In this document: positions 51,289 to 61,880 of the stretch, in pieces
Position numbering within the stretch: the stretch's first letter is position 1
How the letters are laid out: each line of letters begins with the position of its first letter
NCBI GenBank assembly: GCA_965660545.1
Contig: CBFIAF010000002.1
Span: forward strand, 78,335-142,334
DNA length: 64,000 bases
Source: Alphaproteobacteria bacterium
Lineage (GTDB): Bacteria > Pseudomonadota > Alphaproteobacteria > Bin95
Direction of reading: 5' to 3'
Made by a program: the position numbers and the translations under genes
Notes under the pieces: model-generated
Told to the model about the DNA's origin: nothing
Database searches by the model: none
The model's input: the letters and a program-made list of their open reading frames with translations, nothing else

Positions 51289-51678
51289 ATGGGCATCGGC
51301 AGTCTTCAGCACATTAATATACGCACAGGCGATCTAGCCGGAACCGTTAAGTTCTGGGTAGAAGCAATTGGCTTGAAAGATGGCGACCGTCCGAATTTTC
51401 AATTCCCTGGCGCGTGGCTGTATTCTGGTGATGAACCGGTGATGCATCTGATAGATGTCAGCGATATGGACGAAACTGCAGTGACAGAATCTGGCTGCAT
51501 TGACCACGTGGCATTCGCTGCTGAAGGCTTTGTGACCTTCAAGGCGCAGCTAAAGTCGCAAGGATTTGAGTTTGAAGAACGAATGGTTCCTGGCGGGCGG
51601 CTCTGGCAATTGTTTGTTCGAGACCCGAATGGCGTGCTCTGTGAACTGAATTTTGAAGCCGCTAAGGAAGCTACCTAA
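51289..51678 (+). CDS. VOC-family (glyoxalase/bleomycin resistance/dioxygenase) protein
   Basis: …MGIGSLQHINIRTGDLAGTVKFW…GAWLYSGDEPVMHLID… The track ORF starts at TTG 51271; the start position is uncertain. Confidence 0.7.
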   Translation: MGIGSLQHINIRTGDLAGTVKFWVEAIGLKDGDRPNFQFPGAWLYSGDEPVMHLIDVSDMDETAVTESGCIDHVAFAAEGFVTFKAQLKSQGFEFEERMVPGGRLWQLFVRDPNGVLCELNFEAAKEAT

Positions 51679-51707
51679 GCTTTTCCACCCACCAGGATTT
51701 ATTCACC

Positions 51708-53075
51708 ATGGCCAAACGCCAGATGGCGCTTGTGGGGTTTCTGCAAGCTCAAAATTGTTCGAATTACCCAGCGTCCTGGCGCCATTCGGATTCCGCGACA
51801 GACTTTCTGACACCTGAATATTATCAGCGGATTGCCAAGACACTTGAGGCCGGCAAGTTCCATATGGCGTTCTTTGATGATCGCTTAGCGATGCCAGACC
51901 GGTATGGCGATAGTGCAGCCGAGTCCATTCGTAACGGTGTGCGTGTCGTGAAACTGGATCCAATCCCGATCCTGGCAACCATGGGCGCGGTTACATCCCG
52001 CATTGGCCTCGGTGCCACCATGTCCACAACATATTACGAGCCGTTTCACGCAGCCCGCCAGTTCTCCACCTTGGATCACATGACCAATGGCCGGGCTGCA
52101 TGGAATGTTGTTACGTCACTGAATGATTCTGAGGCCGCAAACTTTGGTCAAGATGCGCTGCTTGGCCATGCAGAGCGCTACGAACGGGCGGAAGAGTTTT
52201 TGGAGGTCGTCCATGGGCACTGGGATACATGGGCGGAAGACGCGATCATTCTCGATAAGGCGAATGGTGTTTTCGCAGACCCATCGAAGGTAAAAGCGCT
52301 CAATCATGAGGGCGCTTATTTCAAGAGCCGTGGGCCCTTCACGGTGCCGCCAACGCCGCAAGGTCGCCCCGTTATCATCCAAGCCGGCCAAAGCGGGCGT
52401 GGACAGCAGTTTGCCGTTAAGTGGGCAGAACTGATTTTTGCAATTTTCCCGAACTTAGAATATGCGCAGCGGGTGTATGGTGAGGCTCAAGCGCTGGCCG
52501 AGCAAACAGGCCGGGATTCAACCAGCTTCCGCCTCACGCCTGCTGCGTATGCCATTGTCGGCGAAAGCCAAGCAGAGGCTGAAGACAAAGCTGCCATGAT
52601 TGCCCAACTGCACCAGCCAATCGATACGCTGGCATTGCTGTCAGAAGCGCTGAATTATGACTTTGCCGCCAAGGGTATGGACGATGCGTTTTCGTCAGAT
52701 GAGCTTGAGGCAATCAGCGGTCTGCAGGCGATCCGGGATCGCGTGATCCGGCTCTCAGGCAAAGCCAACCCGACAGTCCGTGATTTCGTTGAGCATTCCG
52801 CCCGAGGAACTTTGAAGGAAATGGCGCAGTTTGTCGGTACGGCCAAGCAGATCGCGGACGGCATGGAAGAATGGTTTACCGGCAAAGGCTGCGACGGCTT
52901 CGTCATGGCCGCGACGCATATGCCGGCCTCTTATGAAGACTTCGTGGCCCACGTAGTCCCCGAACTCCAACGCCGCGAGCTCTATCATAAAGACTATGCT
53001 GGGCCGACGCTTCGGGAGAATTTGGGGCTTACTCAACAGCCCCATATCCGCCGCCGCCCGGCAGCTTCAGGGTAA
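51708..53075 (+). CDS. LLM-class flavin-dependent monooxygenase, NtaA/SnaA/DszA family
   Basis: 455 aa. …MALVGFLQAQNCSNYPASWRH… luciferase-like TIM barrel of the nitrilotriacetate-monooxygenase family. Confidence 0.8.
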   Translation: MAKRQMALVGFLQAQNCSNYPASWRHSDSATDFLTPEYYQRIAKTLEAGKFHMAFFDDRLAMPDRYGDSAAESIRNGVRVVKLDPIPILATMGAVTSRIGLGATMSTTYYEPFHAARQFSTLDHMTNGRAAWNVVTSLNDSEAANFGQDALLGHAERYERAEEFLEVVHGHWDTWAEDAIILDKANGVFADPSKVKALNHEGAYFKSRGPFTVPPTPQGRPVIIQAGQSGRGQQFAVKWAELIFAIFPNLEYAQRVYGEAQALAEQTGRDSTSFRLTPAAYAIVGESQAEAEDKAAMIAQLHQPIDTLALLSEALNYDFAAKGMDDAFSSDELEAISGLQAIRDRVIRLSGKANPTVRDFVEHSARGTLKEMAQFVGTAKQIADGMEEWFTGKGCDGFVMAATHMPASYEDFVAHVVPELQRRELYHKDYAGPTLRENLGLTQQPHIRRRPAASG

Positions 53076-54582
53076 TTGTTTGGCCAGGCTTTAGAACATG
53101 ATCGGCCCGGGCATTCGCCGGTTCGCCATCGATTAATACTGCGCCGCATGCGCCTTCCTTGCCGCCCATCAGGCCGTGGGCAGGGTGGCGTAAGCGTTCG
53201 GCCATGAAGATTATGCCGAGATCGCCCGTGCCCGCATGCTTAAGTTCTATTTCCTGGCCGAGGCCACCCGTTTGCGCTCCAGGACCGCCTGATCCATCAC
53301 GAAGTTGCTTACGGCCTACAAAAAACGGTGTGTTACGTTCTGTCAGCTCGACCGGGACATTGGAGATGTTGGATGGCCAGGAATAGCAGCTCTGGCCGTC
53401 CGTTTGGGCCGTCGCGCCAGATCCGCCATTAAAGAATAGTGTGTTGGCATAGGGCTTGCCATCGTCCGTGACACCGGTCTGGATAATAGACCAAAGCGGA
53501 GAGCCAGAGGCGGCCATTATCTTTTCAGGCAGCGCTTGTGCCAACGCTCCAAAGATCGCGATGGGTAGGTAGTGGCCAGTTGCCATGCGACCGCCAACTG
53601 CTACCGGACGTGTGGGGTTCACAATCGTGCCGGGTTCAGCCGTCACTTCAATGCAGCGGAACACGCCTTCATTGTTAGGCAGGTTCGGCAGGAATGCGCA
53701 TTTCAACGCATAGGATGTCATGGCGAAGGTATAGACCAGGGGGCAGTTGATAGCCCGGCCTACTTGGTCGCTGGTGCCAGTCCAGTCCACATGCACCCTA
53801 TCACCGGTAATTGTTACCGCGACCTGATAGTGGAAGGGGGCATCCATGCCATCCGTCTCGAAGCCAAACTCATAACGGCCATCAGGGGCTTCCTTGAAGG
53901 CGGCGCGCATGGCGGTTTCGCAGCGGCCATGGATTTCAGCGGCAAAGTCCTCAAGGGAGGTCAGCGCGTACTCGTCCATTAGCGCAGTTAGGCGTTGCTC
54001 CATCAGATCAAGTGCGGTGACTTGCGCCCAAATATCACCTTCTGTCTGGTCCGGTGTGCGGACGGCAGCGCGCATAAGCTTGAAGAATGTTGCGTCCGGC
54101 TCACCATCCCGGATTAAGTGCATGGCTGGAATGGCGAAGCCTTCCTCAAACACTTCCCGGGCAACAACGGACCGGACCTTGCCGCCAATATCCGGCGCAT
54201 GGGCGGTGGACGCACAAAAGGCAACGATTTTGCCATCCCGGAAAACAGGCTTCGCGAGCGTTATATCGTTTAGATGCCCAGTGCCAACCCATGGATCATT
54301 GCAAACGAGAAAATCGCCGGGCCGCATATCGTCCACGCCGATGACGTCCAAAAAGTGCTTCACGGTTACCGGCAGACAGCCATTAAATGAAGGGATGCTT
54401 TCGGTGTTCTGGACAAGCGATGCGCCGTTTGCGTCTGTCAGCACACAGGCAAAATCATTGCTCTCATTCACCAACGTTGAGAATGAGACGCGCTGCAGTG
54501 TTTTTGCCGCTTCATCGGCGGCAGAAATCATGCGGCGCCAAAGGATTTCAAGGGTCACGGCATCAAATGCGGCTTTGGTCAT
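53029..54582 (-). CDS. hyuB: Hydantoinase B / 5-oxoprolinase / lactamase family protein (beta/B subunit)
   Basis: …FDAVTLEILWRRMISAADEAA… N-terminus and a C-terminal …LPGGGGYGA… The track ORF extends to 54633; Met at 54582 is the likely start. The 3' end overlaps the convergent NtaA-like gene by 47 nt. Confidence 0.82.
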   Translation of the reverse strand: MTKAAFDAVTLEILWRRMISAADEAAKTLQRVSFSTLVNESNDFACVLTDANGASLVQNTESIPSFNGCLPVTVKHFLDVIGVDDMRPGDFLVCNDPWVGTGHLNDITLAKPVFRDGKIVAFCASTAHAPDIGGKVRSVVAREVFEEGFAIPAMHLIRDGEPDATFFKLMRAAVRTPDQTEGDIWAQVTALDLMEQRLTALMDEYALTSLEDFAAEIHGRCETAMRAAFKEAPDGRYEFGFETDGMDAPFHYQVAVTITGDRVHVDWTGTSDQVGRAINCPLVYTFAMTSYALKCAFLPNLPNNEGVFRCIEVTAEPGTIVNPTRPVAVGGRMATGHYLPIAIFGALAQALPEKIMAASGSPLWSIIQTGVTDDGKPYANTLFFNGGSGATAQTDGQSCYSWPSNISNVPVELTERNTPFFVGRKQLRDGSGGPGAQTGGLGQEIELKHAGTGDLGIIFMAERLRHPAHGLMGGKEGACGAVLIDGEPANARADHVLKPGQTITLKLPGGGGYGAVE

Positions 54583-54595
54583 TGGCTTGGCCTTA

Positions 54596-56674
54596 TTAAT
54601 CCAGATCGACGACAATTTCGCCGCCCGCCGCAACGATAAAACGGGAGCGTTCGGGTGCTGCCAGTGTGGATTCTCGCTCCTCCACTAAGGCTGGACCATC
54701 GAATGCATCCCCAGGGCGCAACGCATAGCGGTCATAAACTGACGTCGCCCGGTAGGCTTTTTCGTCTGGAGACCACACAGGCCGCTCGCCTTTCAGCTTT
54801 GGCGCATCCGTCGCCGCATTTGAAGCGTTCGTAGCGCCGACGCTAGCGTCGGCTGATGCAGCAATGCGGATGTTGATGATTTCAACAGGTCCAGCGGGCG
54901 GGGTGCGTGTGAATTGGGCCAAGTAAGCCTTCTCGAACGCACCTTGCAAGCTTGGCGCTGAGTTCGTGTCATACGGGCCTGAGGGCAGGTCCACGACAAT
55001 CTCGAACGCTTGGCCGACATAGCGGACGTCCGCCCGACGTTCGACCCTGGCGCTTTCGGCGTTGAGCCCTGTTGCAGCGATCACGTGGCGGGCGTCTGCC
55101 TCCATGCGCGCGAAGGTTTTTTCAAATGCAGACCAGTTAAGCTGGTCCATGCGCTTGGCGACTGTGGCGACCCTGTCCACACGGGCGGGAGCGATAAGCA
55201 AGCCGATGGCGGATGCGACGCCGGCGGAAGCAGGCGATATCATGCGCTTGAGGCCAAGCTTTCGCGCGACATCTGCCCCATGCAATGGTCCACCCCCGCC
55301 CGTGGCGAGTAAGGCGTAACGGCGCGGGTCTTTTCCGCGCTCTGCAATATGCACGCGCGCGGCAGACGCCATAGTTTCATTCACGACGTCCCGAATGCCC
55401 TGCGCGATCTCTGCGCGACTGAGGCTGGCAGACGCAGCAAGGCAATCGAGAGAGGCTTCCGCTGCAGCCATATCAATCTGCATGACGCCGCCTGCGAAAC
55501 TCTTTGCATCCAGTAGGCCGAGTGCGAAATTTGCGTCTGTGACTGTTGGAGCCGTGCCGCCTAGCCCATAGCAAGCAGGGCCAGGGTCGGACCCGGCACT
55601 ATCCGGGCCGACTTTCAGTAAGCCGATTTCATCCAAGCGCGCGATGGACCCACCGCCGGCGCCGATCTCAATCAGTTCAATCGTTGAGGTGCGGATGGGT
55701 AATCCGCTGCCTTCAGCAAACCGTTTTTGCCGGGCGGCTTCAAAGTGATAGGCGACTTCTGGCTTGCCGCCATCGACAACCGCAAGCTTTGCCGTCGTGC
55801 CGCCCATATCAAACGCCAGAACGTCGCCGCTTGCCGCGTCACGGCTAAACCACGCTGCTGCAAGTGCGCCAGCCGCAGGGCCAGACTCTAGCAATGCCAC
55901 CGGCGCGCGCTTAGCCTCAACCAGATCGGATAGGCCACCGTTTGAGAGCATCAACAAGAGCGGCGCTTCAACGCCTGCTGTTTGTAACCCCGCCTGGATG
56001 CCATCCAGATAATCACGGGCAAGTGGCTTGATATAAGCGTTGGCGAGTGCCGTAGACGTCCGCTCATATTCCCGAATTTCTGGCGCTACGTCAGACGAGA
56101 CACTGACTGCTAGTTCAGGATATGCAGCCTGGACAATGGCGGCGGCTTCTTGCTCATGGGCAGGGTTGGCATAGGCATGCAAAAACGAAATGGCGACGGA
56201 TGTAACGCCGTCTGCGACAAGCGCATCAGCGGCGACCCGAACGCTGCCAGCATCTAGCGGCGTTTTCACACTGCCGTCAAAGTTCATTCGCTCTCGTGCT
56301 TCAAGGCGGCGTTCGCGCGGGGCCAGGGGTAGCGGCTTTTGGATATGGATATCGTAGAGTTCGTATTTCCGCTCGCGCCCAATCTCCACCACATCCCGGA
56401 AGCCTTCGGTGGCGATCAGTCCGGTCTCAGCACCTTTGCGTTCGATCAACGCATTAGTGAATAACGTGGTGGCGTGCACAACGCGGCCAATTTCCGTCGT
56501 TGGAACGCCATCCTCATGGATCACCTCGGCTACGCCCGTCAGTACGGCGCGGGCAGGGTCATCGTGTGTGGTCAGCAGTTTGCGGCAGAACTGGTGGCCG
56601 TTCTCATGGTCTTGCACAACCACATCGGTAAATGTGCCGCCAATATCTATGCCGAGAGAATAACGTGTCGCCAT
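54596..56674 (-). CDS. hyuA: Hydantoinase A / 5-oxoprolinase / lactamase family protein (ATP-binding A subunit)
   Basis: 692 aa. MATRYSLGIDIGGTFTDVVV… ASKHA-fold ATPase N-terminus. Confidence 0.85.
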   Translation of the reverse strand: MATRYSLGIDIGGTFTDVVVQDHENGHQFCRKLLTTHDDPARAVLTGVAEVIHEDGVPTTEIGRVVHATTLFTNALIERKGAETGLIATEGFRDVVEIGRERKYELYDIHIQKPLPLAPRERRLEARERMNFDGSVKTPLDAGSVRVAADALVADGVTSVAISFLHAYANPAHEQEAAAIVQAAYPELAVSVSSDVAPEIREYERTSTALANAYIKPLARDYLDGIQAGLQTAGVEAPLLLMLSNGGLSDLVEAKRAPVALLESGPAAGALAAAWFSRDAASGDVLAFDMGGTTAKLAVVDGGKPEVAYHFEAARQKRFAEGSGLPIRTSTIELIEIGAGGGSIARLDEIGLLKVGPDSAGSDPGPACYGLGGTAPTVTDANFALGLLDAKSFAGGVMQIDMAAAEASLDCLAASASLSRAEIAQGIRDVVNETMASAARVHIAERGKDPRRYALLATGGGGPLHGADVARKLGLKRMISPASAGVASAIGLLIAPARVDRVATVAKRMDQLNWSAFEKTFARMEADARHVIAATGLNAESARVERRADVRYVGQAFEIVVDLPSGPYDTNSAPSLQGAFEKAYLAQFTRTPPAGPVEIINIRIAASADASVGATNASNAATDAPKLKGERPVWSPDEKAYRATSVYDRYALRPGDAFDGPALVEERESTLAAPERSRFIVAAGGEIVVDLD

Positions 56675-56819
56675 GCAAGCAAACCTGAACTTCGGGATCG
56701 AAAGAACAGGCTAACGCCGCCATGCTGTCGCGCCAAGCAGGGATACTCTGGACAAGCAAGCGCTATGCGTCTCACCATGCGTAAAGAGGCTACAAATTCA
56801 TTCACAGGAATATTGAAGA

Positions 56820-57604
56820 TGCAGATCGATTTGACGGGGCGCACTGCGCTGATCACTGGCGGATCCATGGGGCTCGGCCGGGCTATGGGCATGAAGATGG
56901 CGGGAGCGGGGGCGAATATTGTGCCAGTTGCGCGACGCCAGGATCCACTTGATGAAACGGTCAAACTGATCACGGGCGCTGGCGGGAAAGCGCACGCGAT
57001 TGCCTGTGACGTGACAGACCCGCGTGCGATAGAGGCCGCCTATGCTGAAGCGGTCAAAACCTATGGCAAGATAGATATTCTGGTGAACAATGCAGGCTCC
57101 AGCCTGCGTGGCCCGTTCCTGGAAATGACGGATGAAGACTGGAAGTCCGATCTGGAGCTAAAGCTCTTCGCCCAAATTCGCTTCTCACGCTTCGCATTCG
57201 CAGACATGAAAGAGCGTAAGTGGGGCCGAATCATCAATATCTTGAATACAGGGGCAAAGGCTCCAGCGGCAGAGGGTGCGCCAACGGCAGTAACGCGGGC
57301 GGCTGGGCTGGCACTTTCCAAAATTCTTGCGAACGAAGGTGCGCCACATAATATTCTGGTGAATGCGATGATGACCGGGTTGATCGATAGCGATCAGCAT
57401 GTTCGCAAGTACGCAACAGATAATCGTGGCCTGAGCTATGATGAATTCAAGGTCGAAATGGCAGAGAAGGCGCGCATTCCACTTGGCCGCATTGGCACGT
57501 CGGAAGAGTTCGCCAATGTCGCCTGTTTCCTAGCGTCCGATGCGGCGGCTTATGTTACGGGCGTGGATATCAATGTTGATGGCGGCCGGTCACCGGTCAC
57601 CTGA
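56820..57604 (+). CDS. SDR-family oxidoreductase
   Basis: …LTGRTALITGGSMGLGRAM… (TGxxxGxG), …NAG…, and a catalytic Y/K further downstream. The track ORF 56474 overlaps hyuA; ATG 56820, preceded by AGGA, gives a 261-aa protein. Confidence 0.82.
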
Positions 57605-57625
57605 CTAATCAAAGGGAGCAGGGCG

Positions 57626-58909
57626 ATGGCTGAAGCTGCATTGACTCAAGATATGAGTGAGGCTGAACTTGTTGAACTGGCAAAGCGAGTGCTGCCTGCG
57701 GGCGGCTTCGGCAATGTCAGCTATCCTCTGATCGTCGCGCGCGGGGAGGGCAGTCATGTCTGGGACGTGAGCGGGAACGAGTATATCGATTACCTGCTAG
57801 GCTCTGGCCCGATGATTGTTGGTCATGCGCACCCGGAAGTACTAGCGGCCACGCAGCACTGCGTCACCCAAGGCACGACGTTCTTCGCGAATAATGCAGA
57901 CGGTATTCATCTGGCGGCGGAAATCGTGGACGCGATGCCATCCGTCGAGCAGGTGCGGTTCGTTTCATCCGGGTCTGAAGCTGATATGTACGCTATGCGC
58001 CTTGCGCGCGCTCATACAGGCCGGGACAAAATCCTGAAGTTCGAGGGCGGTTACCACGGGATGAGCGATTTTGGGCTCATCAGCCTAGCGCCGAAACGGA
58101 AAAGCAATTTCCCGGTCGGCGTTCCAGACAGCCCAGGTATCCCAAAGAGTGTGCAGCAGGAAATGCTGGTGGCACCCTATAACGACCTCGCCATGGTCGA
58201 GAGCTTGGTGAAAGAGCACAAGGGTGAGATCGCGGCAATTTTAGCTGAGCCGTTCCAGCGCCTCATTCCGCCCCAATCGGGCTTCCTTGAGAGCCTTCGC
58301 AGGATCACCGAAGAAAACGATATTCTTTTGATCTTCGATGAAGTTGTCACAGGCTTCCGCTTCGCTTATGGCGGCGCGCAGCAATATTATGGGGTGATGC
58401 CGGATATCTGCACTATGGGCAAAGCCATTGGCGGTGGATTCCCGTTGGCCGCGATTGGTGGCAAGGCCGAAATAATGGCAAACTTCGATAAATCTGCCGT
58501 CGGTGAGGACAAGTTCATGGCGCAGATCGGCACGCTTTCAGGCAATCCGGTGGCCGCCGCCGCTGGTCGCAAGACGCTCGAAATCCTGAAACGTCCTGGC
58601 GCATTCGAGAAGCTGTTCGCCCGTGGCGAGGCGTTGATGGAAGGTTATAGAGACATCCTGAAGCGCCGCGATATCGAAGCCAAGGTCGTTGGCGATGCTC
58701 CGATGTTCGATGTTATTTTCACCAACCAGGAAGTGGTCGATTATCGCTCCTCCCTTGGTGATCCGGAGAAGGCCGCAAAGTACAATGCAGGCATGCGCAA
58801 ACGCGGCATTCTGAAAAGCGAGAGCAAGCACTATATCGGCGTCTGCCATACGGAAGCAGATATCGAAGCGACGATCCGGGCCTTTGACGAAAGCATGGCT
58901 GAGCTTTGA
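57626..58909 (+). CDS. Class-III (omega) aminotransferase family protein (GSA-aminomutase-like)
   Basis: 427 aa. …DYLLGSGPMIVGHAHPEV…, …IFDEVVTGFRFAYGG… and PLP-binding Lys region MGKAIGGG. Confidence 0.82.
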   Translation: MAEAALTQDMSEAELVELAKRVLPAGGFGNVSYPLIVARGEGSHVWDVSGNEYIDYLLGSGPMIVGHAHPEVLAATQHCVTQGTTFFANNADGIHLAAEIVDAMPSVEQVRFVSSGSEADMYAMRLARAHTGRDKILKFEGGYHGMSDFGLISLAPKRKSNFPVGVPDSPGIPKSVQQEMLVAPYNDLAMVESLVKEHKGEIAAILAEPFQRLIPPQSGFLESLRRITEENDILLIFDEVVTGFRFAYGGAQQYYGVMPDICTMGKAIGGGFPLAAIGGKAEIMANFDKSAVGEDKFMAQIGTLSGNPVAAAAGRKTLEILKRPGAFEKLFARGEALMEGYRDILKRRDIEAKVVGDAPMFDVIFTNQEVVDYRSSLGDPEKAAKYNAGMRKRGILKSESKHYIGVCHTEADIEATIRAFDESMAEL

Positions 58910-58931
58910 TCACTGACCTAAAGGTTGGCCT

Positions 58932-60164
58932 GTGACCTCGCCCGCTAATCTAAGCGAGCGGCGCGTTCTGACATGGATGTGCGTGCTGATTGCTATCAAT
59001 CAGCTTGGATTTGGCGCCATTGTGCCGACGATCTCACTCTATGCGAAGTCGTTCGGCGTTTCGACGTTCCTCATCGGCATGGCTATCGCTATCTATGGGT
59101 TTGCAAGGCTGTTTGGCGCGCCGTGCGCTGGGATGTTGTCCGATAGGCTTGGGCGTCGCCCAAGCTTGGCTTTAGGCGGTCTTGTGACAGCACTGGGTAA
59201 CGTCATCTGTGCTGTGGCAGATAGCTACCCTGAGTTCATGCTTGGTCGCTTTATCGCTGGCGCAGGCGCTGGGCTTGTGATTACGACCGGCCAGATCATC
59301 CTGGCGGATATCACAACGCCTGCACGACGGGGCCGCGTTATATCAATCTACCAAGGCACATTCATCTTCGCCGTGGGCGCTGGCCCGCTTCCGGGTGGGC
59401 TGATTGCGGATAATTTTGGCCTGTATGCTCCATTCGCAGCCTATGGCGTGGCCGGAGTTGTTTGCGCACTCTGCGCCTGGTTCGCTGTTGGTGAGACCCG
59501 TGATTTTGCTGCCAACCGGGACGGCAAACCCGCCCCGGATCGCGTGCCTCTCATGCAGCAATTGCGGATACTTGCAGCAAAGCGGGGCTACGTATTGATC
59601 TGCATTGTGTCGCTAATGAACGCCGTGGTGCGCACGGGAGGACTATTCAGTCTTATCCCATTGATCGGTGCGATAAAGCTTGATTTGTCGTTGAGTGAGG
59701 TAGGGTTTGGCCTAGCGCTTGGGAGCGGGCTCGGCCTGCTTGCAGCCTATCCAGCGGGCGCTCTAGCGGATCGCTACGGGCGCAAAACGGTGATTGTACC
59801 GACAACACTCATCACCGGCATATCAATGTGCTTGTTCGCATTTTCTGGAGGTTATCCATTGTTTCTTGCCGCATGTGTCGTCTGGGGCGTCGCCAGCGCA
59901 ATTGGCGGTGCTGCGCCATCGGCCTACGCGGCAGATTGCGCACCACCCGGCATGAACGCCGCCACTATGAGCACATTCCGTATGGTAGGGGATGTTGGGT
60001 ATGTCGTCGGTCCACTGTCGCTCGGTCTGATTGCGGACTATGCGGGCACTGACATTGCTTTGCTTGTCGCGGCTGGTGGGATCATGCTGGCGGGAATGGT
60101 ATTTGCGATCGCCGCGCAAGAAACATGGCGGGCACCTGCAAGTGAGACCGTGAAGACGGGATAG
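58932..60164 (+). CDS. MFS transporter
   Basis: 410 aa. About 12 predicted TM segments and an MFS motif (…GMLSDRLGRRP…). Confidence 0.82.
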   Translation: MTSPANLSERRVLTWMCVLIAINQLGFGAIVPTISLYAKSFGVSTFLIGMAIAIYGFARLFGAPCAGMLSDRLGRRPSLALGGLVTALGNVICAVADSYPEFMLGRFIAGAGAGLVITTGQIILADITTPARRGRVISIYQGTFIFAVGAGPLPGGLIADNFGLYAPFAAYGVAGVVCALCAWFAVGETRDFAANRDGKPAPDRVPLMQQLRILAAKRGYVLICIVSLMNAVVRTGGLFSLIPLIGAIKLDLSLSEVGFGLALGSGLGLLAAYPAGALADRYGRKTVIVPTTLITGISMCLFAFSGGYPLFLAACVVWGVASAIGGAAPSAYAADCAPPGMNAATMSTFRMVGDVGYVVGPLSLGLIADYAGTDIALLVAAGGIMLAGMVFAIAAQETWRAPASETVKTG

Positions 60165-60177
60165 GGAGACACCCAGT

Positions 60178-60480
60178 ATGCGATTGATGGACATGGCTCG
60201 TGTCGTTCGCAGCAAGAATGCAGGACCTCTGCATCTAACATTCGACATTATGTTAGAGTCCGAGGCGGACTATGAACGTTGCCTGGCCGCACCCGGTTTG
60301 CGCGCTGCACCTATCGCCAATATCTACAGCGTTTCGGCCAGCGCCGTTGTAATCACTCCATACCCAACGGCACTCGCCATTAAGATCACGCTGCCACGCC
60401 ACGAAGCCGCAGGTGCCCCCGGAGATCGGGACGTGTACGGCGCGCAACAACATGCGCCACTGTTGGAGATTGAGGTATGA
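60178..60480 (+). CDS. DUF4387-domain protein
   Basis: 100 aa. …ARVVRSKNAGPLHLTFDIM… is typical of the small proteins that accompany AtuA(DUF1446) genes. This rests on recollection of the family, not on a search. Confidence 0.6.
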   Translation: MRLMDMARVVRSKNAGPLHLTFDIMLESEADYERCLAAPGLRAAPIANIYSVSASAVVITPYPTALAIKITLPRHEAAGAPGDRDVYGAQQHAPLLEIEV

Positions 60481-61880
60481 GCGCCGTCGCCCGCCTGCGC
60501 GCACGTTTCGCGGCCAACCCTGATCAGCCGCTGAAATTGATCGGCGCGACGGGTCAGCTTGGCTACGGGGTGCCAGAGCCTGCGTTTACAGCGGCGCTGG
60601 CCCGAAAGCCTGACATGATTGGCGCTGACATGGGATCCACGGATATCGGGCCAACGTTCCTAGGCTCCGGCCAGATGGCGACGGCAGGTGAGCAAACGCG
60701 GCTTGATCTGGAGAAGCTGCTGGTCGGCGCACGGACCCATGATATTCCGCTAATCATAGGCAGTGCAGGTTCTGCAGGCGCTGCAGCGCACTTGGACGCG
60801 ACGCTGGCGATGATTAGGGATATTGCAGCTGAACATGGCCTGAGTTTCAAACTAGCCGTTATTCGTTCTGATATGGATCGCGATAGTGTGAAGGCTGCCG
60901 TTGATGCTGGACGCGTGCGCGGCATGGGCGTTCTAACGGATTTGATGGTGGAAGAAGTCCAAGCCAGCTCAAACTTGGTTGGGCAGGCGGGGACAGAGGC
61001 GTTTATCCGCGCGCTGGAGACAGAGCCAGATGTAATTATTGCCGGTCGCGCCTGCGATACGGGCATTTATGCCTGCATTCCGGAATGGCTGGGGTTTCCG
61101 ACAGGCCTGACCGTGCATATGGCCAAAATCGTCGAATGCGCTTCACTGTGCTGTCTGCCGGGTGGCCGTGATCCAATTCTGGCGGTGCTGGATAAGCAAG
61201 GTTTTGTGCTGGAAAGTATGAACCCCGCACGGGCAGCAACGCCTCTGTCTGTCGCTGCGCATAGTCTTTATGAGCAAGCGGACCCTCACAGGATTACAGA
61301 GCCTGAGGGTGCGGCGCTAGTCGATACAGCAACATATAGTGCTGTTGATGACAGTCGCACTCGCGTCGAAGGGGCGCGCTGGGAGCCTGCTGAACAGCTA
61401 ACAATCAAGCTGGAAGGTGCCCGCTATCTGGGCGAACGGGCCGTATTGCTTGCCGGGTCAGCGGATCCGCGATTTATTCAGAATGTCAAAACCTTGCTGG
61501 AAGAAGTGAAAGCAGTCGTGCAGGAATTGGTGTGTGGCGCAGGCGTGGCTCCAGACTATGACTTGACCTTCCGCACCTACGGCTTGGATGCCGTCTTTCC
61601 CTGGCCAGTCCCGCCCGCGACGCCGCCCCATGAGATATTCATTCTGGGCGAGGTGATTGCGCCAACGACAGATCGCGCGCTTGCCGTTACGAAATCAACG
61701 AAGCAATATCTGCTGCATCACGGTTTTCCAGGAAGGCTGTCCACTAGCGGCAACATTGCGTTCCCGTTTACGCCTCCGGAACTTGCCGCTGGCCCTGCAT
61801 ACCGCTTCAACGCCTATCACTTAATGGAGGTGGATGATCTGGCTGCTCATTTCCCGGTGACGACAGAGGAGGTTGGCTAG
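60477..61880 (+). CDS. Acyclic terpene utilisation AtuA-family (DUF1446) protein
   Basis: 467 aa. N-terminus …[19 protein letters not shown]…[10 protein letters not shown]…. Overlaps the DUF4387 gene by 4 nt. Confidence 0.65.
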   Translation: MSAVARLRARFAANPDQPLKLIGATGQLGYGVPEPAFTAALARKPDMIGADMGSTDIGPTFLGSGQMATAGEQTRLDLEKLLVGARTHDIPLIIGSAGSAGAAAHLDATLAMIRDIAAEHGLSFKLAVIRSDMDRDSVKAAVDAGRVRGMGVLTDLMVEEVQASSNLVGQAGTEAFIRALETEPDVIIAGRACDTGIYACIPEWLGFPTGLTVHMAKIVECASLCCLPGGRDPILAVLDKQGFVLESMNPARAATPLSVAAHSLYEQADPHRITEPEGAALVDTATYSAVDDSRTRVEGARWEPAEQLTIKLEGARYLGERAVLLAGSADPRFIQNVKTLLEEVKAVVQELVCGAGVAPDYDLTFRTYGLDAVFPWPVPPATPPHEIFILGEVIAPTTDRALAVTKSTKQYLLHHGFPGRLSTSGNIAFPFTPPELAAGPAYRFNAYHLMEVDDLAAHFPVTTEEVG

